From assembly GCA_903839725.1 (NCBI GenBank), contig CAIMDG010000001.1, positions 3,558-67,557 on the forward strand: a stretch of 64,000 bases of DNA, given 5' to 3'. The notes under the pieces were generated by a model. It made no database searches and was not told where the DNA came from. It was given only the letters and a program-made list of their open reading frames with translations. The DNA is from an uncultured bacterium. Lineage in GTDB: Bacteria > Patescibacteriota > Minisyncoccia > Phycocordibacterales > PALSA-1337. The number at the start of each line of letters is the position of its first letter. Position 1 is the stretch's first letter. Positions 28,463 through 37,324 of the stretch are shown in pieces. A program made the position numbers and the translations under genes.

Positions 28463-28630
28463 ATGGCACATAGAATTAGTCTAAATGGACAACAGGGAAT
28501 TACATTGATTGAAGTCCTCATATACAGCGCCCTTCTTTCTCTATTAATAAGTGGATTTATTAGTTGTGTGTACGGTGTTCATATACAAGATATTAGATTG
28601 ATTGATGAGATTAATGATTCATACAAATAA
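28463..28630 (+). CDS. Very small prepilin-type protein (55 aa)
   Basis: Manual translation MAHRISLNGQQG|ITLIEVLIYSALLSLLISG...; below the ORF-track cutoff. Confidence 0.8.
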   Translation: MAHRISLNGQQGITLIEVLIYSALLSLLISGFISCVYGVHIQDIRLIDEINDSYK

Positions 28631-28631
28631 T

Positions 28632-28865
28632 ATGAAGCATTATCGTGGTTTTATAGCGCTTATAGCAATAATGACATTGGCCTTAGGAACATTCGCATTT
28701 TCTATTGGAACAATGTCCGTAGCGATGTCATATCGTGATGCTGTATATGCCCGAGAAATAAGAATTCAAAAAAGACTTGATCAGCAGGCATGTCTCGATG
28801 CATTTGAACTTATGAAAGCAAAAGATTATTTCTTTGTTGGAGATTCTAATTGTGGGAAAATGTGA
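28632..28865 (+). CDS. Small PilX/GspK-like minor pilin
   Basis: MKHYRG|FIALIAIMTLALG prepilin-like motif without E5. Confidence 0.7.
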   Translation: MKHYRGFIALIAIMTLALGTFAFSIGTMSVAMSYRDAVYAREIRIQKRLDQQACLDAFELMKAKDYFFVGDSNCGKM

Positions 28866-28871
28866 TATTCA

Positions 28872-29447
28872 CTAAAATCCAAGTGTGCATGTCATTGCTT
28901 GGGATTCCGGAACTTCCCATGTTGATGTATCAAACTTTATTTCTTTGAGTGTACCGAGTTCCTTATATTTGAGAGATTTATTCTTGAATGCGTAGTCATA
29001 GAGGTCTTTGGTGAGTCTGACATCTTCAATACAATACTTGATGATCTTATCTACTTCACCAGTCCTCCACCATTCTACAGCTTCGAGACCATGTCCAGAT
29101 TTGTTTCTATTGAGTGTAGCTTCTCCGACACTATCAAGTTTGAGACGTCTACCAAGCACTTTTTGAACTTCTCTCATAAGATCGAGACTCTTGATTCGAG
29201 TCAAATCACCAGGGTAATACTTATTAAGAAGAGGTATGTCAAAATGATCACCATTCCAACTAATCAACATGTCCGCTTGTTCCAAAATAACCCAAAGGTC
29301 CTTGAAATCTTTTTCGAGATAACTCGAATATTCATCGGTGAGTGAATCGTGAATACAGACAACGGAAATATCGAGATCTACGGGGTCATTTGAACCAACG
29401 TCTTGGAATATATTTTTAGTTTCAATATCAAAAGTTATTTTTCGCAT
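28872..29447 (-). CDS. RNase H-like (YprB/RNase_H_2) exonuclease domain protein
   Basis: FDIET, WNGDHFDIPLL, LKLDSV and YCIEDVRLT motifs. Confidence 0.88.
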   Translation of the reverse strand: MRKITFDIETKNIFQDVGSNDPVDLDISVVCIHDSLTDEYSSYLEKDFKDLWVILEQADMLISWNGDHFDIPLLNKYYPGDLTRIKSLDLMREVQKVLGRRLKLDSVGEATLNRNKSGHGLEAVEWWRTGEVDKIIKYCIEDVRLTKDLYDYAFKNKSLKYKELGTLKEIKFDTSTWEVPESQAMTCTLGF

Positions 29448-29475
29448 GGGTAGTATTGTAACATATTGTTTAAAT

Positions 29476-29603
29476 ACGAAACGCGCAGGAGGGGTGTGTA
29501 CTCATTTTCTGTACAAGTTTGTAAACACTGCGGTACGCTGAGTAATGTAAGTGTCTCTAAACTTGTACAGAAAATGAGTACACACCCCTCCTGAGCGTTT
29601 TGT
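29476..29603. repeat. Inverted-repeat element family 1, copy C (45-bp arms with 2 mismatches, 38-nt core in forward orientation)
   Basis: 29476-29520 vs 29559-29603; core 29521-29558. Confidence 0.95.
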
Positions 29604-29829
29604 GCACAATCTCAAATATGTAATCTTCATCAAAATTTGATTCTTTTTTCATTACATCTTCATTTCAGCTTGATACGATTGTTGTATTAGTAATGTAATT
29701 ATTTTTTGTATGAATAATAGAAAAACTCGTATACAGGTTTCGATTCGCATACGTGAAAGAAAGATTAAATGTATTATTCGTGATCCTGTCAGACTTTTTC
29801 ATGCGCGCCACATGAATCACATACAACAT

Positions 29830-30288
29830 ATGAGGAATAAGGCTTTTACTTTGATAGAAGTCCTTGTGGTTATTGGTATTATTGCAGTGCTTGCGGCTAT
29901 AGTACTTGTAGCGGTCAATCCTGCACGTCAGTTCAAGTTGGCGCGTGATTCACAGCGTGTGAGTAATGTGAATGCACTCTTGAATGCGATACACCAGAAT
30001 ATGGCAGAGCATCGTGGAATTTTTACTTGCAACGGAGTAGCTCGAACTATTCCGACAAATACAACTCGTGTTCGTGATAGTTCTGTAGGTTCCAGTGAAG
30101 GTGATATTGCATCATGTATTGTGCCGGACTACATATCATCAGTCCCATTTGATCCATTATTAGCTGATGCACACTTTAATTCAACTACAGACTACAATTC
30201 TGAGTATGAAATATTTAAAGATGTAAATGGACGCATAACCGCAAGTTCCACCGGAGAATTAACTCCAACAATATCAGTCACCAGATAG
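29830..30288 (+). CDS. Type IV pilin / GspG-like major pilin
   Basis: MRNKA|FTLIEVLVVIGIIAVLAAIVLVAVNP.RQ...ARDSQR and Y...VPFDP motifs; start could be 29812. Confidence 0.9.
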   Translation: MRNKAFTLIEVLVVIGIIAVLAAIVLVAVNPARQFKLARDSQRVSNVNALLNAIHQNMAEHRGIFTCNGVARTIPTNTTRVRDSSVGSSEGDIASCIVPDYISSVPFDPLLADAHFNSTTDYNSEYEIFKDVNGRITASSTGELTPTISVTR

Positions 30289-30308
30289 CACGTGGTACAA
30301 TGGTAGTG

Positions 30309-31271
30309 ATGCATATTACTCGAAAAAATATAGTACTCATATCAACATGTTTGTGTATTCTTGGCGTTATCGCGGGAATTCGACTTGCGTATAGAGAATC
30401 AGATATTACTCCACAGACAACTGTAAAGATTGAAAAAAGTGCACCTGTAGTTGTGGACAATAATAGTACTGTATTAGATTTTAAAAAAGCACCACCATTT
30501 GTTTCTGCAACTACTACAATTAAGACCACTTCAATACCTGCTGCAGATGTGATAACAGCTCGAGCATATCTTGTTGGCGACGTTAAAACAGGGACAATAT
30601 ATTTTGAGAGAAATTCTGTAAAAGCACTACCAGTTGCTTCAATGTCAAAACTAATTACTGCAATTGTGGCGACTGATACACTTTCACCAACTACGACAAT
30701 TACAGTTACTGATTTGAATATGAGTGTCGCTACTGATACATCGAAACTTGCATCGGGTGAAATATTCACCATGCACGAATTGCTGTATCCGATGCTTCTC
30801 AATTCATCGAATAATGCCGCTGAGGCACTTGCGTCAACAACTGATCGTTCCACATTCTTGGCACTGATGAGTAGTTATGCGTGGGAAGTTGGCGCGGCAA
30901 CAGCTTTCTTCGCTGATCCTTCCGGTCTAGATCCTCGTAATGTTGCTTCTGCACAAGATTTATTTTCGCTCTCTCGATATTTGTATAATAATAGACCAGA
31001 TATTCTTGAATTAACTCGTGTTGCAAGTACATCAGTTGCTACAACTACCGAACACGGTGCGCATGTATTTACGAGTATTCACCCATTCATAAAAGATCCT
31101 CGATTCATTGGAGGAAAAACAGGGCATACAACAGAGGCTGGTGATACGATGATGACCCTTATGTATATCAATGATCACGATATTGTATTTATAATTCTCG
31201 GTGCTGGATCAAGTCAACGCGCACATGATACGACTCTGCTTATCAGTTTGGTAGAAAAAGTATTGAAATAG
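30309..31271 (+). CDS. D-alanyl-D-alanine carboxypeptidase (peptidase S11)
   Basis: ASMSKL (SxxK), SSN, DPSGL and KTG motifs; N-terminal TM segment. Confidence 0.92.
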   Translation: MHITRKNIVLISTCLCILGVIAGIRLAYRESDITPQTTVKIEKSAPVVVDNNSTVLDFKKAPPFVSATTTIKTTSIPAADVITARAYLVGDVKTGTIYFERNSVKALPVASMSKLITAIVATDTLSPTTTITVTDLNMSVATDTSKLASGEIFTMHELLYPMLLNSSNNAAEALASTTDRSTFLALMSSYAWEVGAATAFFADPSGLDPRNVASAQDLFSLSRYLYNNRPDILELTRVASTSVATTTEHGAHVFTSIHPFIKDPRFIGGKTGHTTEAGDTMMTLMYINDHDIVFIILGAGSSQRAHDTTLLISLVEKVLK

Positions 31272-31277
31272 ATTACG

Positions 31278-32030
31278 TTACGCGAGCCATTCTCGTATAT
31301 GTTGTGCGGTGTCCTCTGGACCAGTAACAGAAATACAATCAACTCCAGTGGCACGAGCTGGATAATCATTCCCGCCATGGAAAAGTGCGTCTCCAACGAA
31401 GATAATATCGTCTGGTGTTAATTTCAGAATATCTTCAAGCTTGCGAATACCGTATGCTTTATTAACTCCACGTTTAGTTATGTCGACTGAGGTAGTACCA
31501 CCTATACGAGCATCAAATTCAGGTATTTTTTCTTTGAGTATTGCTACAATTTTTTCACGCTTTTCTCTCGTAGGATCCCATGCTTTCTTTTTTTCTAACG
31601 GAGCTTGCTGACCGAGAGCTGAGAAGGTGATTTGTGAACCACGATCCTCGATAAGTTGACCATACGTTTGTTGCGGAGATATATAACCGATTATTTTAAG
31701 GGCATTGTTCAAGGCAAGAATAACTCTCTCTCGTTCTATTTTTGAAAGTTGTTCAGAATATTGTTCTACCCAATCCCCGCGCCAAATATACATACGAGTT
31801 CCAGAAGTAGGGAGAAGAAATAGATTCGTGAAGAACTCTGAAGTATGTGGCAATGAAGTAATGAATTGTGTTTGAAACTGAGGGAATCCACCACCAGAAA
31901 TAATCGCCACTTGTTTTGTTTGCAAAAGTTGAACAATAAGGTCCGCCACTTCTTTCGACATGGAAGATTTACTTGGTGCTAATGTTCCGTCGAGATCGAA
32001 GATAATGAGTTTTTTTGAAGAGATATTCAT
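31278..32030 (-). CDS. HAD-IIB phosphomannomutase-like hydrolase
   Basis: FDLDGTL, EDRGSQITFSALGQQA, IGGTTSVD and FVGD...GGNDY (PMM-type) motifs. Confidence 0.88.
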   Translation of the reverse strand: MNISSKKLIIFDLDGTLAPSKSSMSKEVADLIVQLLQTKQVAIISGGGFPQFQTQFITSLPHTSEFFTNLFLLPTSGTRMYIWRGDWVEQYSEQLSKIERERVILALNNALKIIGYISPQQTYGQLIEDRGSQITFSALGQQAPLEKKKAWDPTREKREKIVAILKEKIPEFDARIGGTTSVDITKRGVNKAYGIRKLEDILKLTPDDIIFVGDALFHGGNDYPARATGVDCISVTGPEDTAQHIREWLA

Positions 32031-32033
32031 ATA

Positions 32034-33941
32034 TTATATTTCTAACATCTTCATAAGTTCATTCATGTGGATAGTAGCAACGCCACTGACACTGTCGCCA
32101 GCACCATAGTACATATAGCCTACACCGTTACGGACAACGAAACCGCAAGGGAATACAACATTAGGAACAATACCTGATTGTTCATAGGATTCTTCAGGTT
32201 CGAAAATCGGTGTAGCGGTACGAGCTTTGACGATAGTTGGATCTGCGAGATCGAGTAGAAGTGCACCCACTCGGTATATACCACTCCATGATATGCCGTG
32301 ATACAAAAGCAACCAACCTTTTTCTGTTTTTATCGGAGGAGTTGATATGCCAACTTTCACGCCATCCCACATACCAGGTCGAGGAGTGATAAGTTCGATG
32401 CATGCATTGATACTTTCTTTGCTGAAATCAAGGGATGCAACAAAATCTGCGCAGATACTTTGTTGTACACGGTGAATGACAAGATACTTTCCGTTGACTG
32501 TTTCAGGAAGAATAACGCAGTCTTTGTCGGGAATATGTGCAGGTGTTATAGCTTGAGGCATCAACCATGCACTCCAATTATTTTTGACGAAATCAGTAAC
32601 AGAGATGGAGCTGACCGCAACTCGAGGTATTGATCCATCATAACCTGTGTATGTCATATATATTCTATCTTTGATGAGTGCTATACGTGCATCTTCACAG
32701 CCAAAATTTTCTTGAGAATCACCATTCATCTCAAAAGGAGCTCGAGGGAAATAGATAGGTTTGTCTGAACGTTCATCAATACTAAAACCATCACTCGAAG
32801 TTGCATATCCGACAGTAGAAACGTTTTGTGAGGAAACTGCGCGATATACGATGTGCGTTGTGTCGCCGATATCGATAGCTCCTGGATTGATAGTGCCACG
32901 TGTTTCCCAGAGATTGCCTGGGCGAGGTGCGAGTATTGGGTTGCCTTTGAAACGAGCAAATCCTTTTTGTTCCTTGTCTTCTAATATGCTTGCAAGAAGA
33001 TTATCAAGCGGAATTGTGGCAATAGTACAGTGAGTATCAGCTGCACCATAATAGATTTCAAGAATATTGCCCTTGATGAGTGTACCTGTCGGAAAAATAA
33101 CGTGCGGGACTTGTCCGACATGATCGTAATAGTTTTCAGGAACCATAAACGGTCCTTTGGTACGTCCTAAAATTTTGAGTGGATTGTTCACATCAAGAAG
33201 TACTGCTTCAATACCAAATGCTTGATCAGGTCTTCCATATCTTTGGATATGTGAATAAATCACAAGCCAGCCTTTATCGGTTTTAACCGGCGGAGCACCA
33301 AGTTCTATTTGATCCTCAGGCTTTCGTCTGACATGTACCTTGTGCGCATCAAGATTGTTATACCAATTGTGCCAATAGTCAGGGGACCACATCTCTTCAG
33401 GACTGTTGAATTCAGCGTAACAAATATCTGAAGGTTTACGATCAGTATTCACCGTGACAAGCGCTGACATTTTTCCGTTTATCTTTTCAGGGAACAATGC
33501 CATGGCCTTGGCATTGAATGGCGTTACCAAATGTTTTTCGTATATTGTGTGTAGATCTTTACTCAATGCAACAGCGACTTTGATATTGTCTGCAGAAAAT
33601 GGATATCCGCCGAGACCTGTATAAAAAATATAGTATATTCCATCGATACAGGTTATACGCGGATCCTCACATCCGTATTGGTCAAATTCTGCATCCGGCG
33701 AAATCAATATATGTCTATCGGTGTAACTTACACCATTGTTATTTGAAACTGCATGGCCAATAACAGACGTGCGCATATGTGGCTCCTTCAAAAGATTGGG
33801 ATCTGACATGGCACGATATACAAGGTGAGTTGCTCCATCTTTGATGATAGGACAACCATTGAATGCGGCTGCTGTTTCCCAGTAGTGTTCTCGGAGTGGT
33901 GATAGGACAGGGTTGTATTCAGGGTAGGTAACAGTAAACAT
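32034..33941 (-). CDS. Tandem two-domain GH130 glycoside phosphorylase/mannosidase
   Basis: Two copies of NP..., GCED(P/A)RI, PP.KT.KGWL and V.FP.G...YYGA.D. Confidence 0.9.
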   Translation of the reverse strand: MFTVTYPEYNPVLSPLREHYWETAAAFNGCPIIKDGATHLVYRAMSDPNLLKEPHMRTSVIGHAVSNNNGVSYTDRHILISPDAEFDQYGCEDPRITCIDGIYYIFYTGLGGYPFSADNIKVAVALSKDLHTIYEKHLVTPFNAKAMALFPEKINGKMSALVTVNTDRKPSDICYAEFNSPEEMWSPDYWHNWYNNLDAHKVHVRRKPEDQIELGAPPVKTDKGWLVIYSHIQRYGRPDQAFGIEAVLLDVNNPLKILGRTKGPFMVPENYYDHVGQVPHVIFPTGTLIKGNILEIYYGAADTHCTIATIPLDNLLASILEDKEQKGFARFKGNPILAPRPGNLWETRGTINPGAIDIGDTTHIVYRAVSSQNVSTVGYATSSDGFSIDERSDKPIYFPRAPFEMNGDSQENFGCEDARIALIKDRIYMTYTGYDGSIPRVAVSSISVTDFVKNNWSAWLMPQAITPAHIPDKDCVILPETVNGKYLVIHRVQQSICADFVASLDFSKESINACIELITPRPGMWDGVKVGISTPPIKTEKGWLLLYHGISWSGIYRVGALLLDLADPTIVKARTATPIFEPEESYEQSGIVPNVVFPCGFVVRNGVGYMYYGAGDSVSGVATIHMNELMKMLEI

Positions 33942-33945
33942 GATA

Positions 33946-35076
33946 TTAGTTTATCTTCCCGTATCTGGTGAGCCATTCAAGTAATGCTTGAAGTGGAGTT
34001 TCAGCAACACATACATGTCTATCTCCACCACCGTAATATACGAGAAGGTTACCATTTTTGATAACAGCACCTGATGCATATACAACACCAGCTTTGGAAT
34101 CATTTTCATATGACATATTCGGCTCGAGAATTGGTTTTGGTGAACGATACAAAATGACTGTTGGGTCATTGAGATCAAGGAGCATTGCTCCAAGTTTGTA
34201 TTTGTCCGGATCATTCCTGTCCATAGCATGATAGAGCAATAACCACCCTTTATCTGTTTTGATTGGAGGAGCTCCTGCACCTCTCATCCAATTGTCCCAA
34301 TGTGTAGCACGTCCACCTTTTGGTGATTGGCTAAAAATAGTCTCAGCTGAATATGGATTGCTGAGCGAATCAACATAATCAACCAATATGCGTGGTGATA
34401 TTGAGTGTAATATGACAAATTTTCCTTTTATTTTTTCGGGGAAAATAACCCAATTTTTATTTACTTGTTTTGATGAAGAAATAATTTTTGGTTTTTTCCA
34501 ATTCCAGCGATTGTTACGAAGATCTTTTTCAGAGATTGAAGTAACGCCGATACGTACAGAATTCCAACCTTCAAAAGCTGTATATGTTACGTATATTCTG
34601 TCTTCAATTTTGACTGCACGAGGATCTTCACAGCCAGCCCATCCACCACCTGAACGATGTGCCGTTGGGTCATATGCAAGTGGTCCTTGAACAGTATTAG
34701 GATCTGGCATGCCATATCCTCGACTAGGTTGATATACAGGGAAGCTTGAACGAGAATCAATATGTTTACCGTCTCGACTCGATGCATGACCAATTCTCGA
34801 TACACCATCATCACCAACAGCACGATATAGCAAGTGAACTGTACCTTCGTTGTCAGTCACAGCTGCAGGATTGAATGTGCCACCCGACTCCCATTCTTGG
34901 TGTGGGCGAGGTGACATGATGGGGTTACTGTCGTGACGAGACAAATCTTGTCTATGTGCAGGTTTTTTTCTCAGTAGTGATTGGTGCCAAAAATATGCGA
35001 TGAAATATACAATAAAAAGTATCACAATTGTGAGTGTGATGTTTGTTGGTGTAAGAATTGTGCTGATAAAGATCAT
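33946..35076 (-). CDS. GH130 glycoside phosphorylase/mannosidase with an N-terminal TM segment
   Basis: TFNPAA, LLYRA, GCEDPR, NKNWVIFPEKI and YYGGGD motifs. Confidence 0.9.
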   Translation of the reverse strand: MIFISTILTPTNITLTIVILFIVYFIAYFWHQSLLRKKPAHRQDLSRHDSNPIMSPRPHQEWESGGTFNPAAVTDNEGTVHLLYRAVGDDGVSRIGHASSRDGKHIDSRSSFPVYQPSRGYGMPDPNTVQGPLAYDPTAHRSGGGWAGCEDPRAVKIEDRIYVTYTAFEGWNSVRIGVTSISEKDLRNNRWNWKKPKIISSSKQVNKNWVIFPEKIKGKFVILHSISPRILVDYVDSLSNPYSAETIFSQSPKGGRATHWDNWMRGAGAPPIKTDKGWLLLYHAMDRNDPDKYKLGAMLLDLNDPTVILYRSPKPILEPNMSYENDSKAGVVYASGAVIKNGNLLVYYGGGDRHVCVAETPLQALLEWLTRYGKIN

Positions 35077-35099
35077 AATGGTAAGAAAACAAATAACTA

Positions 35100-35462
35100 T
35101 TAGGTTCGTCCGTATCTATCTTCGAGTCGAATAATGTCATTTTCATCAAATTCACCAAATGCGAGTTCTACAATGATGAGTGGTGAAGTTCCTGACTCTA
35201 GTCTATGTTTCATTCCTCGGGGAATATAACAATCACTATTTGCACCAATAGGAATTCGTGCTTCATCGATTGTTGCAAACCCATCTCCAGAAATCACATG
35301 CCAAAACTCGTCACGATTGTGGTGAAATTGAAGGCTCAGTGTTTCTCCGGGATTCACTTGTAGCAGCTTTACCATCGAGGGACTCTCGTGTTCTTTGGCT
35401 AACCACAATTCTGAGCCCCACGGACGTATGTCACGATAGGGTTTTGGTATTTGTACTGACAT
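35100..35462 (-). CDS. Mannose-6-phosphate isomerase type II cupin domain
   Basis: RPWG, LSLQFHHNRDEFW, KHRLE and EDRYGR motifs. Confidence 0.9.
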   Translation of the reverse strand: MSVQIPKPYRDIRPWGSELWLAKEHESPSMVKLLQVNPGETLSLQFHHNRDEFWHVISGDGFATIDEARIPIGANSDCYIPRGMKHRLESGTSPLIIVELAFGEFDENDIIRLEDRYGRT

Positions 35463-35537
35463 TTTATGAGGTAATTATACTATACATACCCATATGCTGG
35501 GTGATTCTCTGTATGTGTATAACTTACGAAATAAGGA

Positions 35538-36248
35538 CTAGGAGTGGTGCGCTGTGGTAGTACCGTGTGATTCGATGAACATTTTTTGATCTTTTGGAAA
35601 AAACCTTTCTGAAATGTGAAATATTGTATAGGTAATGAAAAATGCAGATAGAACGTCGATAGAATAGTGGAAATGACCAAGTAGAACAATGATGCCGAAA
35701 AATAGGGCACTTATCAAAGAGAATATACGCATTGGTCGGTGCTCCCAGAAAACGAGACACATCAAAAATGGTAGTCCGGTATGTCCAGAGAAGAAGAGGT
35801 CGTTACCTGTACTTAAGAAAAAGAAATTACTTATACTATATATTGTATGGAGTACTCCCGTTCCAAATGTATCTATTGGAAACTGGTCAGGAAATGGTCC
35901 GATATGTGTCAGCGTGATGAATAATGAACGGGTGACAATAAATAAAGCGACACTTTTCAAAATAAACGGAACCTTGCGTGGGTCATGAATACAAAAAGCT
36001 GCAATAACTGCCCAGAATATGATAGGACCATACACGAAGTATATATTTACATTCATGGTAGGGAAATTACTCAATATAATATCTGTCACTGAGCTACTCA
36101 CGCGTTCTTGGGCATAGAGAGCGGCGTGATAATTTACTACGAGACTTCCTGCAAAGAGGGCGAGACTCGAAGCAAGTGCCAGTATGAAAGATGGAGTAGT
36201 AGTATGTGTTCGATATCGAGCAATCGTGCGTTTTATAAATGGAATCAT
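35538..36248 (-). CDS. PAP2/sphingomyelin-synthase-like membrane protein
   Basis: DLFFSGHT and HFHYSIDV motifs; about six TM segments. Confidence 0.85.
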   Translation of the reverse strand: MIPFIKRTIARYRTHTTTPSFILALASSLALFAGSLVVNYHAALYAQERVSSSVTDIILSNFPTMNVNIYFVYGPIIFWAVIAAFCIHDPRKVPFILKSVALFIVTRSLFITLTHIGPFPDQFPIDTFGTGVLHTIYSISNFFFLSTGNDLFFSGHTGLPFLMCLVFWEHRPMRIFSLISALFFGIIVLLGHFHYSIDVLSAFFITYTIFHISERFFPKDQKMFIESHGTTTAHHS

Positions 36249-36249
36249 A

Positions 36250-36414
36250 TTAGTGAGATATTTTGTAACCAAGAACGATACCGGCCACACCGCCAATCGT
36301 ACTTAGAATAATTGATGACATAGAGAACATACTATCACCCCAGAGCGCAGGTACAAACCCTCCAACCGTTGATCCGACAATCATACCAATCCAAATGAAT
36401 GGCCGTGAATTCAT
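36250..36414 (-). CDS. Small membrane protein (54 aa)
   Basis: Manual translation MNSRPFIWIGMIVGSTVGGFVPALWGDSMFSMSSIILSTIGGVAGIVLGYKISH; its stop abuts the next ATG. Confidence 0.75.
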   Translation of the reverse strand: MNSRPFIWIGMIVGSTVGGFVPALWGDSMFSMSSIILSTIGGVAGIVLGYKISH

Positions 36415-36458
36415 GCCCCAAAGTATATCATTAAAGATTCGTGCGGTATAATAGTCGC

Positions 36459-37307
36459 ATGAATTACATTCAAGCGATATTTTTAGGAGGATTTCAGGGT
36501 ATTAGTGAGTTATTTCCTATCTCGAGTCTGGGTCACAGTGTTATTATTCCGAGTTTGTTTGGCTGGAATATGTCACAAGCTGATAATACGTTTGTTATTT
36601 TCTTGGTGGCAACACATCTGGCGACAGCACTTGTGCTTCTCGGTTTTTATTACAAAGATTGGCTGCGCATTATTCAAGGTGTATTTCGTTCACTACAACG
36701 AAGAGTCATCGATGAATCTGATGTATATGCAAAACTCGGTTGGCTTATTATAGTAGCTACTATTCCTGCAGGAATACTTGGTTTGTTATTTGAAGATAAG
36801 CTCAAACTTTTGTTTGCTTCACCGAGATCAGCGGCTGTATTTCTCATAGCAAACGGTATTGTTTTGTGGATTATGGAATTATTCCGTGTAAAAAATGTTA
36901 CACGTCAATCAAGTGATCTTGATACTGCTGTTTCAAAACTAACCTGGACGCAGGCTATCAAAGTTGGTTGTGCCCAGTGTCTTTCACTTCTCCCAGGGTT
37001 TTCACGTACAGGTATGTCTATGGGCGGGGGACTTGTTGTCGGTTTGGGTCATGAATCAGCGCTTCGTTTCTCATTCTTACTTGCTGCACCTATCATTTTT
37101 GCCGCAGCAGTCTTGAAATTGCCAGAATTATTGTCGGCAGGGAATGTGGGAGCCGTTGGTCCTATTCTCGTCGGTTCTATCACGTCCGCTATCACCGCAT
37201 ATGCGGCAATTCGTTTTCTTTCAAACTATTTCAAAACAAAAACTCTCAAACCTTTTGCCGTGTATTGTATGCTGTTTGGTATTTTGAGTTTGGTGGTTTT
37301 GTTGTAG
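36459..37307 (+). CDS. uppP: Undecaprenyl-diphosphatase
   Basis: QGISELFPISSLGH, LLPGFSR and RFSFLLA motifs. Confidence 0.95.
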   Translation: MNYIQAIFLGGFQGISELFPISSLGHSVIIPSLFGWNMSQADNTFVIFLVATHLATALVLLGFYYKDWLRIIQGVFRSLQRRVIDESDVYAKLGWLIIVATIPAGILGLLFEDKLKLLFASPRSAAVFLIANGIVLWIMELFRVKNVTRQSSDLDTAVSKLTWTQAIKVGCAQCLSLLPGFSRTGMSMGGGLVVGLGHESALRFSFLLAAPIIFAAAVLKLPELLSAGNVGAVGPILVGSITSAITAYAAIRFLSNYFKTKTLKPFAVYCMLFGILSLVVLL

Positions 37308-37324
37308 TTTGGTAAGCTTTTTAT

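Noticed and set aside
661-29603. Family 1 repeats as a CRISPR array or integron attC sites
   Set aside because: The copies are kilobases apart, the cores are homologous rather than unique spacers, there is no cas gene or integrase, and there are no RYYYAAC/GTTRRRY ends.
29710-29829. Long leader on the pilin ORF
   Set aside because: The prepilin cleavage motif KA|FTLIE indicates a start at 29830 (or 29812).
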